Part shown: in pieces, positions 62,517-64,000 of the stretch
How positions within the stretch are numbered: the stretch's first letter is position 1
Layout of the letters: the number at the start of each line of letters is the position of its first letter
Source: Microthyrium microscopicum
Lineage: Eukaryota
Direction: 5' to 3'
DNA length: 64,000 nucleotides
NCBI GenBank assembly: GCA_010405405.1
Contig: MU004237.1
Span: forward strand, 1,375,345-1,439,344
Translations under genes and position numbers: made by a program
Notes under the pieces: model-generated
Databases searched by the model: none
Seen by the model: the letters and a program-made list of their open reading frames with translations, nothing else
What the model was told of the DNA's origin: nothing

Positions 62517-64000
62517 ATGACTGAACCATTAAGCTCCGGCAAGTTGCCCGACATCAAATATGACATCAAATATGATACCAACACTATCGTTCGCATGAGA
62601 GCCATGACAGAGCAGCTCAAGAATCGCGGTATCAAAAATTTGAAGGACCAAGCTTTCAAACTGCTCAACTTGAATGATGACCATGACCTCAAGCAGCTCG
62701 TGATTGGACACCCATGGTTTTGGAACCTTTGGTACAAATTCAGAGATGGCTTTGAATTGAATCCAAATGCTGTGAAAGGCAACTGCCCTACAGATGCGAC
62801 AATTGCCGGTCAGAGTCTCGAGTACCATTTGGATGTGAGAAGTAAGTGAACGAATCGTCCAACCAGTGGTACTTACCAAGAGCACCTGTCATCTGCATTG
62901 ATTTCAATCAAGTCGGCAAAGTTACTGGCTGGCGGGACTTGGCGTCCATCGACTACGATGTTTGACTTAGCAGTTTTGGTCACATACTAACTCCTCCAGG
63001 CATTCATAATTACGGCGATGACTCCCAGTGCTGCATGCATTCGGAAATTGATGCATTGACATGGATTACGTTTAACGTGCTCAGAAAACTGTCAGCCGTA
63101 ACATTAGCACACCCTCATACAGAAGAAGCAGCCCTTGGAGTGGTTAAGCTCCTCCTATGGCTTCGACAGCCTTATCGCACTACCAAAAAGGTTCCTCAGA
63201 CCGAAGCATTGGACGACTGTATCGAAAAAGAGCTTGGAATCCCACTTTATTTGCCCGACGAAGCGGCTTACAAACATGTCAACGTCTACAATCAAGTCTT
63301 CGTCCATAGAAACGGAAATTTCTTCAATACCAACTCGGACTGGAAAGACCCCGATCCCATTGAAGATGAGAACTCGCCAGTTGCTAGCGAAAAGACTGCG
63401 TTCAATTACGACTTGTTTGCCGGCACAAAAGAGGAACACCAAAAGCAAATCGACGCACTAGTCGCAAGTGCTCCCGAAGAGTCTAAGCCCACGTGGGAAA
63501 AGTGTCTGAAAGTCTCCCATCAAAACATCAACCACATTGGCGAGCTCGAAGCGTCTCCAAGCGTAGTAGAGCGCTCGTTGCATTTCGGCAGCTATACGGA
63601 GCTGGAGGACGATTGTCGGAAGCCTCAAGTCAACAAGAAGAAGTTACCAGCAGTCCCAGTCCTTGAATCTCAGCTGGCTCCATCAATCTCCTCTATCGAA
63701 CGAGCCCAACAACGTGCAGCAGCTGAAGAAATTGAGGAACTAAGAAAACGTACTGACGAGTTGAGTGACATGTCTGATCCTGGAATTTGGAACTTGACAT
63801 TCAAGGAATGCTGCGAACTCATCAATGTCAACCCCGAGCACGAATTCAAGAGACCTCCTCTGATGAACCAACCCTGGTATTTACTAGATCACCAGGTCGA
63901 AGCAGTGGCAGTGATTATCAAAAACATCATTCCTATCAAAAAGATTTCACAAAACTACGATCTCAAGGACCCTAGACGAGGATTCCTTCTGGCAGATGGC
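62517..64000 (+). CDS. 5' part of a probable SF2/SNF2-like helicase gene with a long unrecognised N-terminus (runs off the window)
   Basis: An open frame from ~63000 to the window end finishes LLDHQVEAVAVII...RRGFLLADG, i.e. the Q motif and the start of helicase motif I. Upstream exon phases are not fully resolved. Confidence 0.65.

Noticed and set aside
14862..64000. tRNA or rRNA genes
   Set aside because: No convincing T-loop (GGTTCGANTCC) with cloverleaf and no rRNA-like segment seen by eye; tRNAscan-SE and Infernal would be decisive.

Overview
Genomic DNA from a filamentous ascomycete (Pezizomycotina), with short GT-AG introns and strong repeat-induced point mutation (RIP). The exact taxon cannot be determined from this window. 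Bases 1-14861 are an AT-rich, RIP-destroyed nest: a hAT DNA transposon carrying two related chromodomain Ty3/Gypsy LTR elements inserted about 46 bp apart. One of them is complete, with 227-bp LTRs and a CCTTC target-site duplication (TSD). The rest is gene-rich, with about 20 intron-containing genes: a GPI cell-wall protein, SDR, PTH11-like receptor, dienelactone hydrolase, Zn2Cys6 TF, arrestin-like protein, two HsbA-like secreted proteins, a trypsin-like protease, Vps62-like protein, carboxylesterase, PDR ABC transporter, amino-acid permease, secreted beta-lactamase-family protein, a SNF2-like helicase cut by the window end, and several orphans. It also holds an un-RIPed 239-bp MITE and a 5'-truncated RIPed LINE with a 13-bp TSD. 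The most notable observation is an otherwise intact 5-exon trypsin-like protease gene (37821-40759) with a single in-frame UAG. That UAG lies in a predicted 8-bp stem/7-nt loop with the geometry of a tRNA anticodon arm, making it a candidate for restorative A-to-I editing. Exon boundaries were read by eye and family assignments rest on motif recognition, not database searches.
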